This document shows, piece after piece, positions 26,037 through 41,000 of a DNA stretch of 64,000 nucleotides. The notes under the pieces are model-generated. The model had not been told where the DNA came from. It saw nothing but the letters and a program-made list of their open reading frames with translations, and ran no database searches. A program made the position numbers and the translations under genes. This stretch comes from the human T2T-CHM13v2.0 reference genome, Homo sapiens. Position 1 is the first letter of the stretch. Each line of letters opens with the position of its first letter. The DNA is taken from assembly GCF_009914755.1 (NCBI RefSeq), contig NC_060943.1. One strand, written 5' to 3'.

Positions 26037-29000
26037 GTCAATGGTAGAATAGGAAATATCTTCCTATAGAAACTAGACAGAATGATTCTCAGAAACTCCT
26101 TTGTGATGTGTGCGTTCAACTCACAGAGTTTACCCTTTCTTTTCATAGAGCAGTTAGGAAACACTCTGTTTGTAAAGTCTGCAAGTGGATATTCAGACAT
26201 CCTTGAGGCTTTCGTTGGAAACGGGATTTCTTCATATTCTGCCAGAAAGAAGAATTCTCAGTAACTTCCTTGTGTTGTGTGTATTCAACTCACAGAGTTG
26301 AACGATCCTTTACACAGAGCAGACTTGAAACACTCTTTTTGTGGAATTTGCAAGTGGAGATTTCAGCCGCTGTGAGGTCAATGGTAGAATAGGAAATATC
26401 TTCCTATAGAAACTAGACAGAATGATTCTCAGAAACTCCTTTGTGATGTGTGCGTTCAACTCACAGAGTTTAACCTTTCTTTTCATAGAGCAGTTGGGAA
26501 ACACTCTGTTTGTAAAGTCTGCAAGTGGATATTCAGACATCCTTGAGGCTTTCGTTGGAAACGGGATTTCTTCATATTCTGCTAGAAAGAAGAATTCTCA
26601 GTAACTTCCTTGTGTTGTGTGTATTCAACTCACAGAGTTGAACGATCCTTTACACAGAGCAGACTTGAAACACTCTTTTTGTGGAATTTGCAAGTGGAGA
26701 TTTCAGCCGCTTTGAGTTCAATGGTAGAATAGGAAATATCTTCCTATAGAAACTAGACAGAATGATTCTCAGAAACTCCTTTGTGATGTGTGCGTTCAAC
26801 TCACAGAGTTCAACCTTTCTTTTCATAGAGCAGTTGGGAAACACTCTGTTTGTAAAGTCTGCAAGTGGATATTCAGACTTCTTTGAGGCCTTCGTTGGAA
26901 GCGGGATTTCTTCATATTCTGCTAGACAGAAGAATTCTCAGAAACTTCCTTGTGTTGTGTGTTTTCAACTCACAGAGTTGAACGATCCTTTACACAGAGC
27001 AGACTTGAAACACTCCTTTTGTGGAATTTGCAAGTGGAGATTTCAGCCGCTTTGAGGTCAATGGTAGAATAGGAAATATCTTCCTATAGAAAGTAGACAG
27101 AATGATTCTCAGAAACTCCTTTGTGATGTGTGCGTTCAACTCACAGAGTTTAACCTTTCTTTTCATAGAGCAGTTAGGAAACACTCTGTTTGTAAAGTCT
27201 GCAAGTGGATATTCAGACCTCCTTGAGGCCTTCGTTGGAAACGGGATTTCTTCATATTATGCTAGACAGAAGAATTCTCAGTAACTTCCTTGTGTTGTGT
27301 GTATTCAACTCACAGAGTTGAACGATCCTTTACACAGAGCAGACTTGAAACACTCTTTTTGTGGAATTTGCAAGTGGAGATTTCAGCCGCTTTGAGTTCA
27401 ATGGTAGAATAGGAAATATCTTCCTATAGAAACTAGACAGAATGATTCTCAGAAACTCCTTTGTGATGTGTGCGTTCAACTCACAGAGTTCAACCTTTCT
27501 TTTCATAGAGCAGTTGGGAAACACTCTGTTTGTAAAGTCTGCAAGTGGATATTCAGACTTCTTTGAGGCCTTCGTTGGAAGCGGGATTTCTTCATATTCT
27601 GCTAGACAGAAGAATTCTCAGTAACTTCCTTGTGTTGTGTGTATTCAACTCACAGAGTTGAACGATCCTTTACACAGAGCAGACTTGAAACACTCTTTTT
27701 GTGGAATTTGCAAGTGGAGATTTCAGCCGCTTTGAGGTCAATGGTAGAATAGGAAATATCTTCCTATAGAAACTAGACAGAATGATTCTCAGAAACTCCT
27801 TTGTGATGTGTGCGTTCAACTCACAGAGTTTAACCTTTCTTTTCATAGAGCAGTTGGGAAACACTCTGTTTGTAACGTCTGCAAGTGGATATTCAGACAT
27901 CCTTGAGGCTTTCGTTGGAAACGGGATTTCTTCATATTCTGCTAGAAAGAAGAATTCTCAGTAACTTCCTTGTGTTGTGTGTATTCAACTCACAGAGTTG
28001 CACGATCCTTTACACAGAGCAGACTTGAAACACTCTTTTTGTGGAATTTGCAAGTGGAGATTTCAGCCGCTTTGAGGTCAATGGTAGAATAGGAAATATC
28101 TTCCTATAGAAACTAGACAGAATGATTCTCAGAAACTTCTTTGTGATGTGTGCGTTCAACTCACAGAGTTTAACCTTTCTTTTCATAGAGCAGTTAGGAA
28201 ACACTCTGTTTGTAAAGTCTGCAAGTGGATATTCAGACCTCCTTGAGGCCTTCGTTGGAAGCGGGATTTCTTCATGTTCTGCTAGACAGAAGAATTCTCA
28301 GAAACTTTCTTGTGTTGTGTGTTTTCAACTCACAGAGTTGAACGATCCTTTACACAGAGCAGACTTGAAACACTCCTTTTGTGGAATTTGCAAGTGGAGA
28401 TTTCAGCCGCTTTGAGTTCAATGGTAGAATAGGAAATATCTTCCTATAGAAACTAGACAGAATGATTCTCAGAAACTCCTTTGTGATGTGTGCGTTCAAC
28501 TCACAGAGTTCAACCTTTCTTTTCATAGAGCAGTTGGGAAACACTCTGTTTGTAAAGTCTGCAAGTGGATATTCAGACTTCTTTGAGGCCTTCGTTGGAA
28601 GCGGGATTTCTTCATATTCTGCTAGACAGAAGAATTCTCAGAAACTTCCTTGTGTTGTGTGTTTTCAACTCACAGAGTTGAACGATCCTTTACACAGAGC
28701 AGACTTGAAACACTCCTTTTGTGGAATTTGCAAGTGGAGATTTCAGCCGCTTTGAGGTCAATGGTAGAATAGGAAATATCTTCCTATAGAAAGTAGACAG
28801 AATGATTCTCAGAAACTCCTTTGTGATGTGTGCGTTCAACTCACAGAGTTTAACCTTTCTTTTCATAGAGCAGTTAGGAAACACTCTGTTTGTAAAGTCT
28901 GCAAGTGGATATTCAGACCTCCTTGAGGCCTTCGTTGGAAACGGGATTTCTTCATATTATGCTAGACAGAAGAATTCTCAGTAACTTCCTTGTGTTGTGT

Positions 29001-32000
29001 GTATTCAACTCACAGAGTTGAACGATCCTTTACACAGAGCAGACTTGAAACACTCTTTTTGTGGAATTTGCAAGTGGAGATTTCAGCCGCTTTGAGTTCA
29101 ATGGTAGAATAGGAAATATCTTCCTATAGAAACTAGACAGAATGATTCTCAGAAACTCCTTTGTGATGTGTGCGTTCAACTCACAGAGTTCAACCTTTCT
29201 TTTCATAGAGCAGTTGGGAAACACTCTGTTTGTAAAGTCTGCAAGTGGATATTCAGACTTCTTTGAGGCCTTCGTTGGAAGCGGGATTTCTTCATATTCT
29301 GCTAGACAGAAGAATTCTCAGTAACTTCCTTGTGTTGTGTGTATTCAACTCACAGAGTTGAACGATCCTTTACACAGAGCAGACTTGAAACACTCTTTTT
29401 GTGGAATTTGCAAGTGGAGATTTCAGCCGCTTTGAGGTCAATGGTAGAATAGGAAATATCTTCCTATAGAAACTAGACAGAATGATTCTCAGAAACTCCT
29501 TTGTGATGTGTGCGTTCAACTCACAGAGTTTAACCTTTCTTTTCATAGAGCAGTTGGGAAACACTCTGTTTGTAACGTCTGCAAGTGGATATTCAGACAT
29601 CCTTGAGGCTTTCGTTGGAAACGGGATTTCTTCATATTCTGCTAGAAAGAAGAATTCTCAGTAACTTCCTTGTGTTGTGTGTATTCAACTCACAGAGTTG
29701 CACGATCCTTTACACAGAGCAGACTTGAAACACTCTTTTTGTGGAATTTGCAAGTGGAGATTTCAGCCGCTTTGAGGTCAATGGTAGAATAGGAAATATC
29801 TTCCTATAGAAACTAGACAGAATGATTCTCAGAAACTTCTTTGTGATGTGTGCGTTCAACTCACAGAGTTTAACCTTTCTTTTCATAGAGCAGTTAGGAA
29901 ACACTCTGTTTGTAAAGTCTGCAAGTGGATATTCAGACCTCCTTGAGGCCTTCGTTGGAAGCGGGATTTCTTCATGTTCTGCTAGACAGAAGAATTCTCA
30001 GAAACTTTCTTGTGTTGTGTGTTTTCAACTCACAGAGTTGAACGATCCTTTACACAGAGCAGACTTGAAACACTCCTTTTGTGGAATTTGCAAGTGGAGA
30101 TTTCAGCCGCTTTGAGGTCAATGGTAGAATAGGAAATATCTTCCTATAGAAAGTAGACAGAATGATTCTCAGAAACTCCTTTGTGATGTGTGCGTTCAAC
30201 TCACAGAGTTTAACCTTTCTTTTCATAGAGCAGTTGGGAAACACTCTGTTTGTAAAGTCTGCAAGTAGATATTCAGACATCCTTGAGGCTTTCGTTGGAA
30301 ACGGGATTTCTTCATATTCTGCTAGAAAGAAGAATTCTCAGTAACTTCCTTGTGTTGTGTGTATTCAACTCACAGAGTTGAACGATCCTTTACACAGAGC
30401 AGACTTGAAACACTCTTTTTGTGGAATTTGCAAGTGGAGATTTCAGCCACTTTGAGGTCAATGGTAGAATAGGAAATATCTTCCTATAGAAACTAGACAG
30501 AATGATTCTCAGAAACTCCTTTGTGATGTGTGCGTTCAACTCACAGAGTTTAACCTTTCTTTTCATAGAGCAGTTGGGAAACACTCTGTTTGTAAAGTCT
30601 GCAAGTGGATATTCAGACATCCTTGAGGCTTTCGTTGGAAAAGGGATTTCTTCATTTTCTGCTAGAAAGAAGAATTCTCAGTAACTTCCTTGTGTTGTGT
30701 GTATTCAACTCACAGAGTTGAACGATCCTTTACACAGAGCAGACTTGAAACACTCTTTTTGTGGAATTTGCAAGTGGAGATTTCAGCCGCTTTGAGGTCA
30801 ATGGTAGAATAGGAAATATCTTCCTATAGAAACTAGACAGAATGATTCTCAGAAACTTCTTTGTGATGTGTGCGTTCAACTCACAGAGTTTAACCTTTCT
30901 TTTCATAGAGCAGTTAGGAAACACTCTGTTTGTAAAGTCTGCAAGTGGATATTCAGACCTCCTTGAGGCCTTCGTTGGAAGCGGGATTTCTTCATGTTCT
31001 GCTAGACAGAAGAATTCTCAGAAACTTCCTTGTGTTGTGTGTTTTCATCTCACAGAGTTGAACGATCCTTTACACAGAGCAGACTTGAAACACTCCTTTT
31101 GTGGAATTTGCAAGTGGAGATTTCAGCCGCTTTGAGGTCAATGGTAGAATAGGAAATATCTTCCTATAGAAAGTAGACAGAATGATTCTCAGAAACTCCT
31201 TTGTGATGTGTGCGTTCAACTCACAGAGTTTAACCTTTCTTTTCATAGAGCAGTTAGGAAACACTCTGTTTGTAAAGTCTGCAAGTGGATATTCAGACCT
31301 CCTTGAGGCCTTCGTTGGAAGCGGGATTTCTTCATGTTCTGCTAGACAGAAGAATTCTCAGAAACTTCCTTGTGTTGTGTGTTTTCAACTCACAGAGTTG
31401 AACGATCCTTTACACAGAGCAGACTTGAAACACTCCTTTTGTGGAATTTGCAAGTGGAGATTTCAGCCGCTTTGAGGTCAATGGTAGATTAGGAAATATC
31501 TTCCTATAGAAACTAGACAGAATGATTCTGAGAAATCCTTTGTGATGTGTGCGTTCAACTCACAGAGTTTAACCTTTCTTTTCATAGAGCAGTTAGGAAA
31601 CACTCTGTTTGTAAAGTCTGCAAGTGGATATTCAGACCTCCTTGAGGCCTTCGTTGGAAACGGGATTTCTTCATATTATGCTAGACAGAGGAATTCTCAG
31701 GAACTTCCTTGTGTTGTGTGTATTCAACTCACAGAGTTGAACGATCCTTTACACAGAGCAGACTTGAAACACTCTTTTTGTGGAATTTGCAAGTGGAGAG
31801 TTCAGCCGCTTTGAGTTCAATGGTAGAATAGGAAATATCTTCCTATAGAAACTACACAGAATGATTCTCAGAAACTGCTTTGTGATGTGTGCGTTCAACT
31901 CACAGAGTTCAACCTTTCTTTTCATAGAGCAGTTGGGAAACACTCTGTTTGTAAAGTCTGCAAGTGGATATTCAGACATCCTTGAGGCTTTCGTTGGAAA

Positions 32001-35000
32001 AGGGATTTCTTCATTTTCTGCTAGAAAGAAGAATTCTCAGTAACTTCCTTGTGTTGTGTGTATTCAACTCACAGAGTTGAACGATCCTTTACACAGAGCA
32101 GACTTGAAACACTCTTTTTGTGGAATTTGCAAGTGGAGATTTCAGCCGCTTTGAGGTCAATGGTAGAATAGGAAATATCTTCCTATAGAAACTAGACAGA
32201 ATGATTCTCAGAAACTTCTTTGTGATGTGTGCGTTCAACTCACAGAGTTTAACCTTTCTTTTCATAGAGCAGTTAGGAAACACTCTGTTTGTAAAGTCTG
32301 CAAGTGGATATTCAGACCTCCTTGAGGCCTTCGTTGGAAGCGGGATTTCTTCATGTTCTGCTAGACAGAAGAATTCTCAGAAACTTCCTTGTGTTGTGTG
32401 TTTTCAACTCACAGAGTTGAACGATCCTTTACACAGAGCAGACTTGAAACACTCCTTTTGTGGAATTTGCAAGTGGAGATTTCAGCCGCTTTGAGGTCAA
32501 TGGTAGAATAGGAAATATCTTCCTATAGAAAGTAGACAGAATGATTCTCAGAAACTCCTTTGTGATGTGTGCGTTCAACTCACAGAGTTTAACCTTTCTT
32601 TTCATAGAGCAGTTAGGAAACACTCTGTCTGTAAAGTCTGCAAGTGGATATTCAGACCTCCTTGAGGCCTTCGTTGGAAGCGGGATTTCTTCATGTTCTG
32701 CTAGACAGAAGAATTCTCAGAAACTTCCTTGTGTTGTGTGTTTTCAACTCACAGAGTTGAACGATCCTTTACACAGAGCAGACTTGAAACACTCTTTTTG
32801 TGGAATTTGCAAGTGGAGATTTCAGCCGCTTTGAGTTCAATGGTAGAATAGGAAATATCTTCCTATAGAAACTAGACAGAATGATTCTCAGAAACTCCTT
32901 TGTGATGTGTGCGTTCAACTCACAGAGTTCAACCTTTCTTTCCATAGAGCAGTTGGGAAACACTCTGTTTGTAAAGTCTGCAAGTGGATATTCAGACTTC
33001 TTTGAGGCCTTCGTTGGAAGCGGGATTTCTTCATATTCTGCTAGACAGAAGAATTCTCAGTAACTGCCTTGTGTTGTGTGTATTCAACTCACAGAGTTGA
33101 ACGATCCTTTACACAGAGCAGACTTGAAACACTCTTTTTGTGGAATTTGCAAGTGGAGATTTCAGCCGCTTTGAGGTCAATGGTAGAATAGGAAATATCT
33201 TCCTATAGAAACTAGACAGAATGATTCTCAGAAACTCCTTTGTGATGTGTGCGTTCAACTCACAGAGTTTAACCTTTCTTTTCATAGAGCAGTTAGGAAA
33301 CACTCTGATTGTAAAGTCTGCAAGTGGATATTCAGACCTCCTTGAGGCCTTCGTTGGAAACGGGATTTCTTCATATTATGCTAGACAGAAGAATTCTCAG
33401 TAACTTCCTTGTGTTGTGTGTATTCAACTCACAGAGTTGAACGATCCTTTACACAGAGCAGACTTGAAACACTCTTTTTGTGGAATTTGCAAGTGGAGAT
33501 TTCAGCCGCTTTGAGTTCAATGGTAGAATAGGAAATATCTTCCTATAGAAACTAGACAGAATGATTCTCAGAAACTCCTTTGTGATGTGTGCGTTCAACT
33601 CACAGAGTTCAACCTTTCTTTTCATAGAGCAGTTGGGAAACACTCTGTTTGTAAAGTCTGCAAGTGGATATTCAGACTTCTTTGAGGCCTTCGTTGGAAG
33701 CGGGATTTCTTCATATTCTGCTAGACAGAAGAATTCTCAGTAACTGCCTTGTGTTGTGTGTATTCAACTCACAGAGTTGAACGATCCTTTACACAGAGCA
33801 GACTTGAAACACTCTTTTTGTGGAATTTGCAAGTGGAGATTTCAGCCGCTTTGAGGTCAATGGTAGAATAGGAAATATCTTCCTATAGAAACTAGACAGA
33901 ATGATTCTCAGAAACTCCTTTGTGATGTGTGCGTTCAACTCACAGAGTTTACCCTTTCTTTTCATAGAGCAGTTAGGAAACACTCTGTTTGTAAAGTCTG
34001 CAAGTGGATATTCAGACATCCTTGAGGCTTTCGTTGGAAACGGGATTTCTTCATATTCTGCCAGAAAGAAGAATTCTCAGTAACTTCCTTGTGTTGTGTG
34101 TATTCAACTCACAGAGTTGAACGATCCTTTACACAGAGCAGACTTGAAACACTCTTTTTGTGGAATTTGCAAGTGGAGATTTCAGCCGCTTTGAGGTCAA
34201 TGGTAGAATAGGAAATATCTTCCTATAGAAACTAGACAGAATGATTCTCAGAAACTCCTTTGTGATGTGTGCATTCAACTCACAGAGTTTAACCTTTCTT
34301 TTCATAGAGCAGTTAGGAAACACTCTGTTTGTACAGTCTGCAAGTGGATATTCAGACATCCTTGAGGCTTTCGTTGGAAACGGGATTTCTTCATATTCTG
34401 CTAGAAAGAAGAATTCTCAGTAACTTCCTTGTGTTGTGTGTATTCAACTCACAGAGTTGAACGATCCTTTACACAGAGCAGACTTGAAACACTCTTTTTG
34501 TGGAATTTGCAAGTGGAGATTTCAGCCGCTGTGAGGTCAATGGTAGAATAGGAAATATCTTCCTATAGAAACTAGACAGAATGATTCTCAGAAACTCCTT
34601 TGTGATGTGTGCGTTCAACTAACAGAGTTTAACCTTTCTTTTCATAGAGCAGTTGGGAAACACTCTGTTTGTAAAGTCTGCAAGTGGATATTCAGACATC
34701 CTTGAGGCTTTCGTTGGAAACGGGATTTCTTCATATTCTGCTAGAAAGAAGAATTCTCAGTAACTTCCTTGTGTTGTGTGTATTCAACTCACAGAGTTGA
34801 ACGATCCTTTACACAGAGCAGACTTGAAACACTCTTTTTGTGGAATTTGCAAGTGGAGATTTCAGCCGCTTTGAGGTCAATTGTAGAATAGGAAATATCT
34901 TCCTATAGAAACTAGACAGAATGATTCTCAGAAACTCCTTTGTGATGTGTGCGTTCAACTCACACAGTTTAACCTTTCTTTTCATAGAGCAGTTAGGAAA

Positions 35001-38000
35001 CACTCTGTTTGTAAAGTCTGCAAGTGGATATTCAGACCTCCTTGAGGCCTTCGTTGGAAACGGGATTTCTTCATATTATGCTAGACAGAAGAATTCTCAG
35101 TAACTTCCTTGTGTTGTGTGTATACAACTCACAGAGTTGAACGATCCTTTACACAGAGCAGACTTGAGACACTCTTTTTGTGGAATTTGCAAGTGGAGAT
35201 TTCAGCCGCTTTGAGTTCAATGGTAGAATAGGAAATATCTTCCTATAGAAACTAGACAGAATGATTCTCAGAAACTCCTTTGTGATGTGTGCGTTCAACT
35301 CACAGAGTTCAACCTTTCTTTTCATAGAGCAGTTGGGAAACACTCTGTTTGTAAAGTCTGCAAGTGGATATTCAGACTTCTTTGAGGCCTTCGTTGGAAG
35401 CGGGATTTCTTCAAATTCTGCTAGACAGAAGAATTCTCAGAAACTTCCTTGTGTTGTGTGTTTTCAACTCACAGAGTTGAACGATCCTTTACACAGAGCA
35501 GACTTGAAACACTCCTTTTGTGGAATTTGCAAGTGGAGATTTCAGCCGCTTTGAGGTCAATGGTAGAATAGGAAATATCTTCCTATAGAAAGTAGACAGA
35601 ATGATTCTCAGAAACTCCTTTGTGATGTGTGCGTTCAACTCACAGAGTTTAACCTTTCTTTTCATAGAGCAGTTAGGAAACACTCTGTTTGTAAAGTCTG
35701 CAAGTGGATATTCAGACCTCCTTGAGGCCTTCGTTGGAAACGGGATTTCTTCATATTATGCTAGACAGAAGAATTCTCAGTAACTTCCTTGTGTTGTGTG
35801 TATTCAACTCACAGAGTTGAACGATCCTTTACACAGAGCAGACTTGAAACACTCTTTTTGTGGAATTTGCAAGTGGAGATTTCAGCCGCTTTGAGTTCAA
35901 TGGTAGAATAGGAAATATCTTCCTATAGAAACTAGACAGAATGATTCTCAGAAACTCCTTTGTGATGTGTGCGTTCAACTCACAGAGTTCAACCTTTCTT
36001 TTCATAGAGCAGTTGGGAAACACTCTGTTTGTAAAGTCTGCAAGTGGATATTCAGACTTCTTTGAGGCCTTCGTTGGAAGCGGGATTTCTTCATATTCTG
36101 CTAGACAGAAGAATTCTCAGTAACTTCCTTGTGTTGTGTGTATTCAACTCACAGAGTTGAACGATCCTTTACACAGAGCAGACTTGAAACACTCTTTTTG
36201 TGGAATTTGCAAGTGGAGATTTCAGCCGCTTTGAGGTCAATGGTAGAATAGGAAATATCTTCCTATAGAAACTAGACAGAATGATTCTCAGAAACTCCTT
36301 TGTGATGTGTGCGTTCAACTCACAGAGTTTAACCTTTCTTTTCATAGAGCAGTTAGGAAACACTCTGTTTGTAAAGTCTGCAAGTGGATATTCAGACATC
36401 CTTGGGGCTTTCGTTGGAAACGGGATTTCTTCATATTCTGCTAGAAAGAAGAATTCTCAGTAACTTCCTTGTGTTGTGTGTATTCAACTCACAGAGTTGA
36501 ACGATCCTTTACACAGAGCAGACTTGAAACACTCCTTTTGTGGAATTTGCAAGTGGAGATTTCAGCCGCTTTGAGGTCAAAGGTAGAATAGGAAATATCT
36601 TCCTATAGAAACTAGACAGAATGATTCTCAGAAACTCCTTTGTGATGTGTGCGTTCAACGCACAGAGTTTAACCTTTCTTTTCATAGAGCAGTTGGGAAA
36701 CACTCTGTTTGTAAAGTCTGCAAGTGGATATTCAGACTTCTTTGAGGCTTTCGTTGGAAACGGGATTTCTTCATATTCTGCTAGAAAGAAGAATTCTCAG
36801 TAACTTCCTTGTGTTGTGTGTATTCAACTCACAGAGTTGCACGATCCTTTACACAGAGCAGACTTGAAACACTCTTTTTGTGGAATTTGCAAGTGGAGAT
36901 TTCAGCCGCTTTGAGGTCAATGGTAGAATAGGAAATATCTTCCTATAGAAACTAGACAGAATGATTCTCAGAAACTCCTTTGTGATGTGTGCGTTCAACT
37001 CACAGAGTTCAACCTTTCTTTTCATTGAGCAGTTGGGAAACACTCTGTTTGTAAAGTCTGCAAGTGGATATTCAGACTTCTTTGGGGCCTTCGTTGGAAG
37101 CGGGATTTCTTCATATTCTGCTAGACAGAAGAATTCTCAGTAACTGCCTTGTGTTGTGTGTATTCAACTCACAGAGTTGAACGATCCTTTACACAGAGCA
37201 GACTTGAAACACTCTTTTTGTGGAATTTGCAAGTGGAGATTTCAGCCGCTTTGAGGTCAATGGTAGAATAGGAAATATCTTCCTATAGAAACTAGACAGA
37301 ATGATTCTCAGAAACTCCTTTGTGATGTGTGCGTTCAACTCACAGAGTTTACCCTTTCTTTTCATAGAGCAGTTAGGAAACACTCTGTTTGTAAAGTCTG
37401 CAAGTGGATATTCAGACATCCTTGAGGCTTTCGTTGGAAACGGGATTTCTTCATATTCTGCCAGAAAGAAGAATTCTCAGTAACTTCCTTGTGTTGTGTG
37501 TATTCAACTCACAGAGTTGAACGATCCTTTACACAGAGCAGACTTGAAACACTCTTTTTGTGGAATTTGCAAGTGGAGATTTCAGCCGCTGTGAGGTCAA
37601 TGGTAGAATAGGAAATATCTTCCTATAGAAACTAGACAGAATGATTCTCAGAAACTCCTTTGTGATGTGTGCGTTCAACTCACAGAGTTTAACCTTTCTT
37701 TTCATAGAGCAGTTGGGAAACACTCTGTTTGTAAAGTCTGCAAGTGGATATTCAGACATCCTTGAGGCTTTCGTTGGAAACGGGATTTCTTCATATTCTG
37801 CTAGAAAGAAGAATTCTCAGTAACTTCCTTGTGTTGTGTGTATTCAACTCACAGAGTTGAACGATCCTTTACACAGAGCAGACTTGAAACACTCTTTTTG
37901 TGGAATTTGCAAGTGGAGATTTCAGCCGCTTTGAGTTCAATGGTAGAATAGGAAATATCTTCCTATAGAAACTAGACAGAATGATTCTCAGAAACTCCTT

Positions 38001-41000
38001 TGTGATGTGTGCGTTCAACTCACAGAGTTCAACCTTTCTTTTCATAGAGCAGTTGGGAAACACTCTGTTTGTAAAGTCTGCAAGTGGATATTCAGACTTC
38101 TTTGAGGCCTTCGTTGGAAGCGGGATTTCTTCATATTCTGCTAGACAGAAGAATTCTCAGAAACTTCCTTGTGTTGTGTGTTTTCAACTCACAGAGTTGA
38201 ACGATCCTTTACACAGAGCAGACTTGAAACACTCCTTTTGTGGAATTTGCAAGTGGAGATTTCAGCCGCTTTGAGGTCAATGGTAGAATAGGAAATATCT
38301 TCCTATAGAAAGTAGACAGAATGATTCTCAGAAACTCCTTTGTGATGTGTGCGTTCAACTCACAGAGTTTAACCTTTCTTTTCATAGAGCAGTTAGGAAA
38401 CACTCTGTTTGTAAAGTCTGCAAGTGGATATTCAGACCTCCTTGAGGCCTTCGTTGGAAACGGGATTTCTTCATATTATGCTAGACAGAAGAATTCTCAG
38501 TAACTTCCTTGTGTTGTGTGTATTCAACTCACAGAGTTGAACGATCCTTTACACAGAGCAGACTTGAAACACTCTTTTTGTGGAATTTGCAAGTGGAGAT
38601 TTCAGCCGCTTTGAGTTCAATGGTAGAATAGGAAATATCTTCCTATAGAAACTAGACAGAATGATTCTCAGAAACTCCTTTGTGATGTGTGCGTTCAACT
38701 CACAGAGTTCAACCTTTCTTTTCATAGAGCAGTTGGGAAACACTCTGTTTGTAAAGTCTGCAAGTGGATATTCAGACTTCTTTGAGGCCTTCGTTGGAAG
38801 CGGGATTTCTTCATATTCTGCTAGACAGAAGAATTCTCAGTAACTTCCTTGTGTTGTGTGTATTCAACTCACAGAGTTGAACGATCCTTTACACAGAGCA
38901 GACTTGAAACACTCTTTTTGTGGAATTTGCAAGTGGAGATTTCAGCCGCTTTGAGGTCAATGGTAGAATAGGAAATATCTTCCTATAGAAACTAGACAGA
39001 ATGATTCTCAGAAACTCCTTTGTGATGTGTGCGTTCAACTCACAGAGTTTAACCTTTCTTTTCATAGAGCAGTTGGGAAACACTCTGTTTGTAACGTCTG
39101 CAAGTGGATATTCAGACATCCTTGAGGCTTTCGTTGGAAACGGGATTTCTTCATATTCTGCTAGAAAGAAGAATTCTCAGTAACTTCCTTGTGTTGTGTG
39201 TATTCAACTCACAGAGTTGCACGATCCTTTACACAGAGCAGACTTGAAACACTCTTTTTGTGGAATTTGCAAGTGGAGATTTCAGCCGCTTTGAGGTCAA
39301 TGGTAGAATAGGAAATATCTTCCTATAGAAACTAGACAGAATGATTCTCAGAAACTTCTTTGTGATGTGTGCGTTCAACTCACAGAGTTTAACCTTTCTT
39401 TTCATAGAGCAGTTAGGAAACACTCTGTTTGTAAAGTCTGCAAGTGGATATTCAGACCTCCTTGAGGCCTTCGTTGGAAGCGGGATTTCTTCATGTTCTG
39501 CTAGACAGAAGAATTCTCAGAAACTTTCTTGTGTTGTGTGTTTTCAACTCACAGAGTTGAACGATCCTTTACACAGAGCAGACTTGAAACACTCCTTTTG
39601 TGGAATTTGCAAGTGGAGATTTCAGCCGCTTTGAGGTCAATGGTAGAATAGGAAATATCTTCCTATAGAAAGTAGACAGAATGATTCTCAGAAACTCCTT
39701 TGTGATGTGTGCGTCCAACTCACAGAGTTTAACCTTTCTTTTCATAGAGCAGTTAGGAAACACTCTGTAAAGTCTGCAAGTGGATATTCAGACATCCTTG
39801 AGGCTTTCGTTGGAAACGGGATTTCTTCATATTCTGCTAGAAAGAAGAATTCTCAGTAACTTCCTTGTGTTGTGTGTATTCAACTCACAGAGTTGAACGA
39901 TCCTTTACACAGAGCAGACTTGAAACACTCTTTTTGTGGAATTTGCAAGTGGAGATTTCAGCCACTTTGAGGTCAATGGTAGAATAGGAAATATCTTCCT
40001 ATAGAAACTAGACAGAATGATTCTCAGAAACTCCTTTGTGATGTGTGCGTTCAACTCACAGAGTTTAACCTTTCTTTTCATAGAGCAGTTGGGAAACACT
40101 CTGTTTGTAAAGTCTGCAAGTGGATATTCAGACATCCTTGAGGCTTTCGTTGGAAAAGGGATTTCTTCATTTTCTGCTAGAAAGAAGAATTCTCAGTAAC
40201 TTCCTTGTGTTGTGTGTATTCAACTCACAGAGTTGAACGATCCTTTACACAGAGCAGACTTGAAACACTCTTTTTGTGGAATTTGCAAGTGGAGATTTCA
40301 GCCGCTTTGAGGTCAATGGTAGAATAGGAAATATCTTCCTATAGAAACTAGACAGAATGATTCTCAGAAACTTCTTTGTGATGTGTGCGTTCAACTCACA
40401 GAGTTTAACCTTTCTTTTCATAGAGCAGTTAGGAAACACTCTGTTTGTAAAGTCTGCAAGTGGATATTCAGACCTCCTTGAGGCCTTCGTTGGAAGCGGG
40501 ATTTCTTCATGTTCTGCTAGACAGAAGAATTCTCAGAAACTTCCTTGTGTTGTGTGTTTTCAACTCACAGAGTTGAACGATCCTTTACACAGAGCAGACT
40601 TGAAACACTCCTTTTGTGGAATTTGCAAGTGGAGATTTCAGCCGCTTTGAGGTCAATGGTAGAATAGGAAATATCTTCCTATAGAAAGTAGACAGAATGA
40701 TTCTCAGAAACTCCTTTGTGATGTGTGCGTTCAACTCACAGAGTTTAACCTTTCTTTTCATAGAGCAGTTAGGAAACACTCTGTTTGTAAAGTCTGCAAG
40801 TGGATATTCAGACCTCCTTGAGGCCTTCGTTGGAAGCGGGATTTCTTCATGTTCTGCTAGACAGAAGAATTCTCAGAAACTTCCTTGTGTTGTGTGTTTT
40901 CAACTCACAGAGTTGAACGATCCTTTACACAGAGCAGACTTGAAACACTCCTTTTGTGGAATTTGCAAGTGGAGATTTCAGCCGCTTTGAGGTCAATGGT

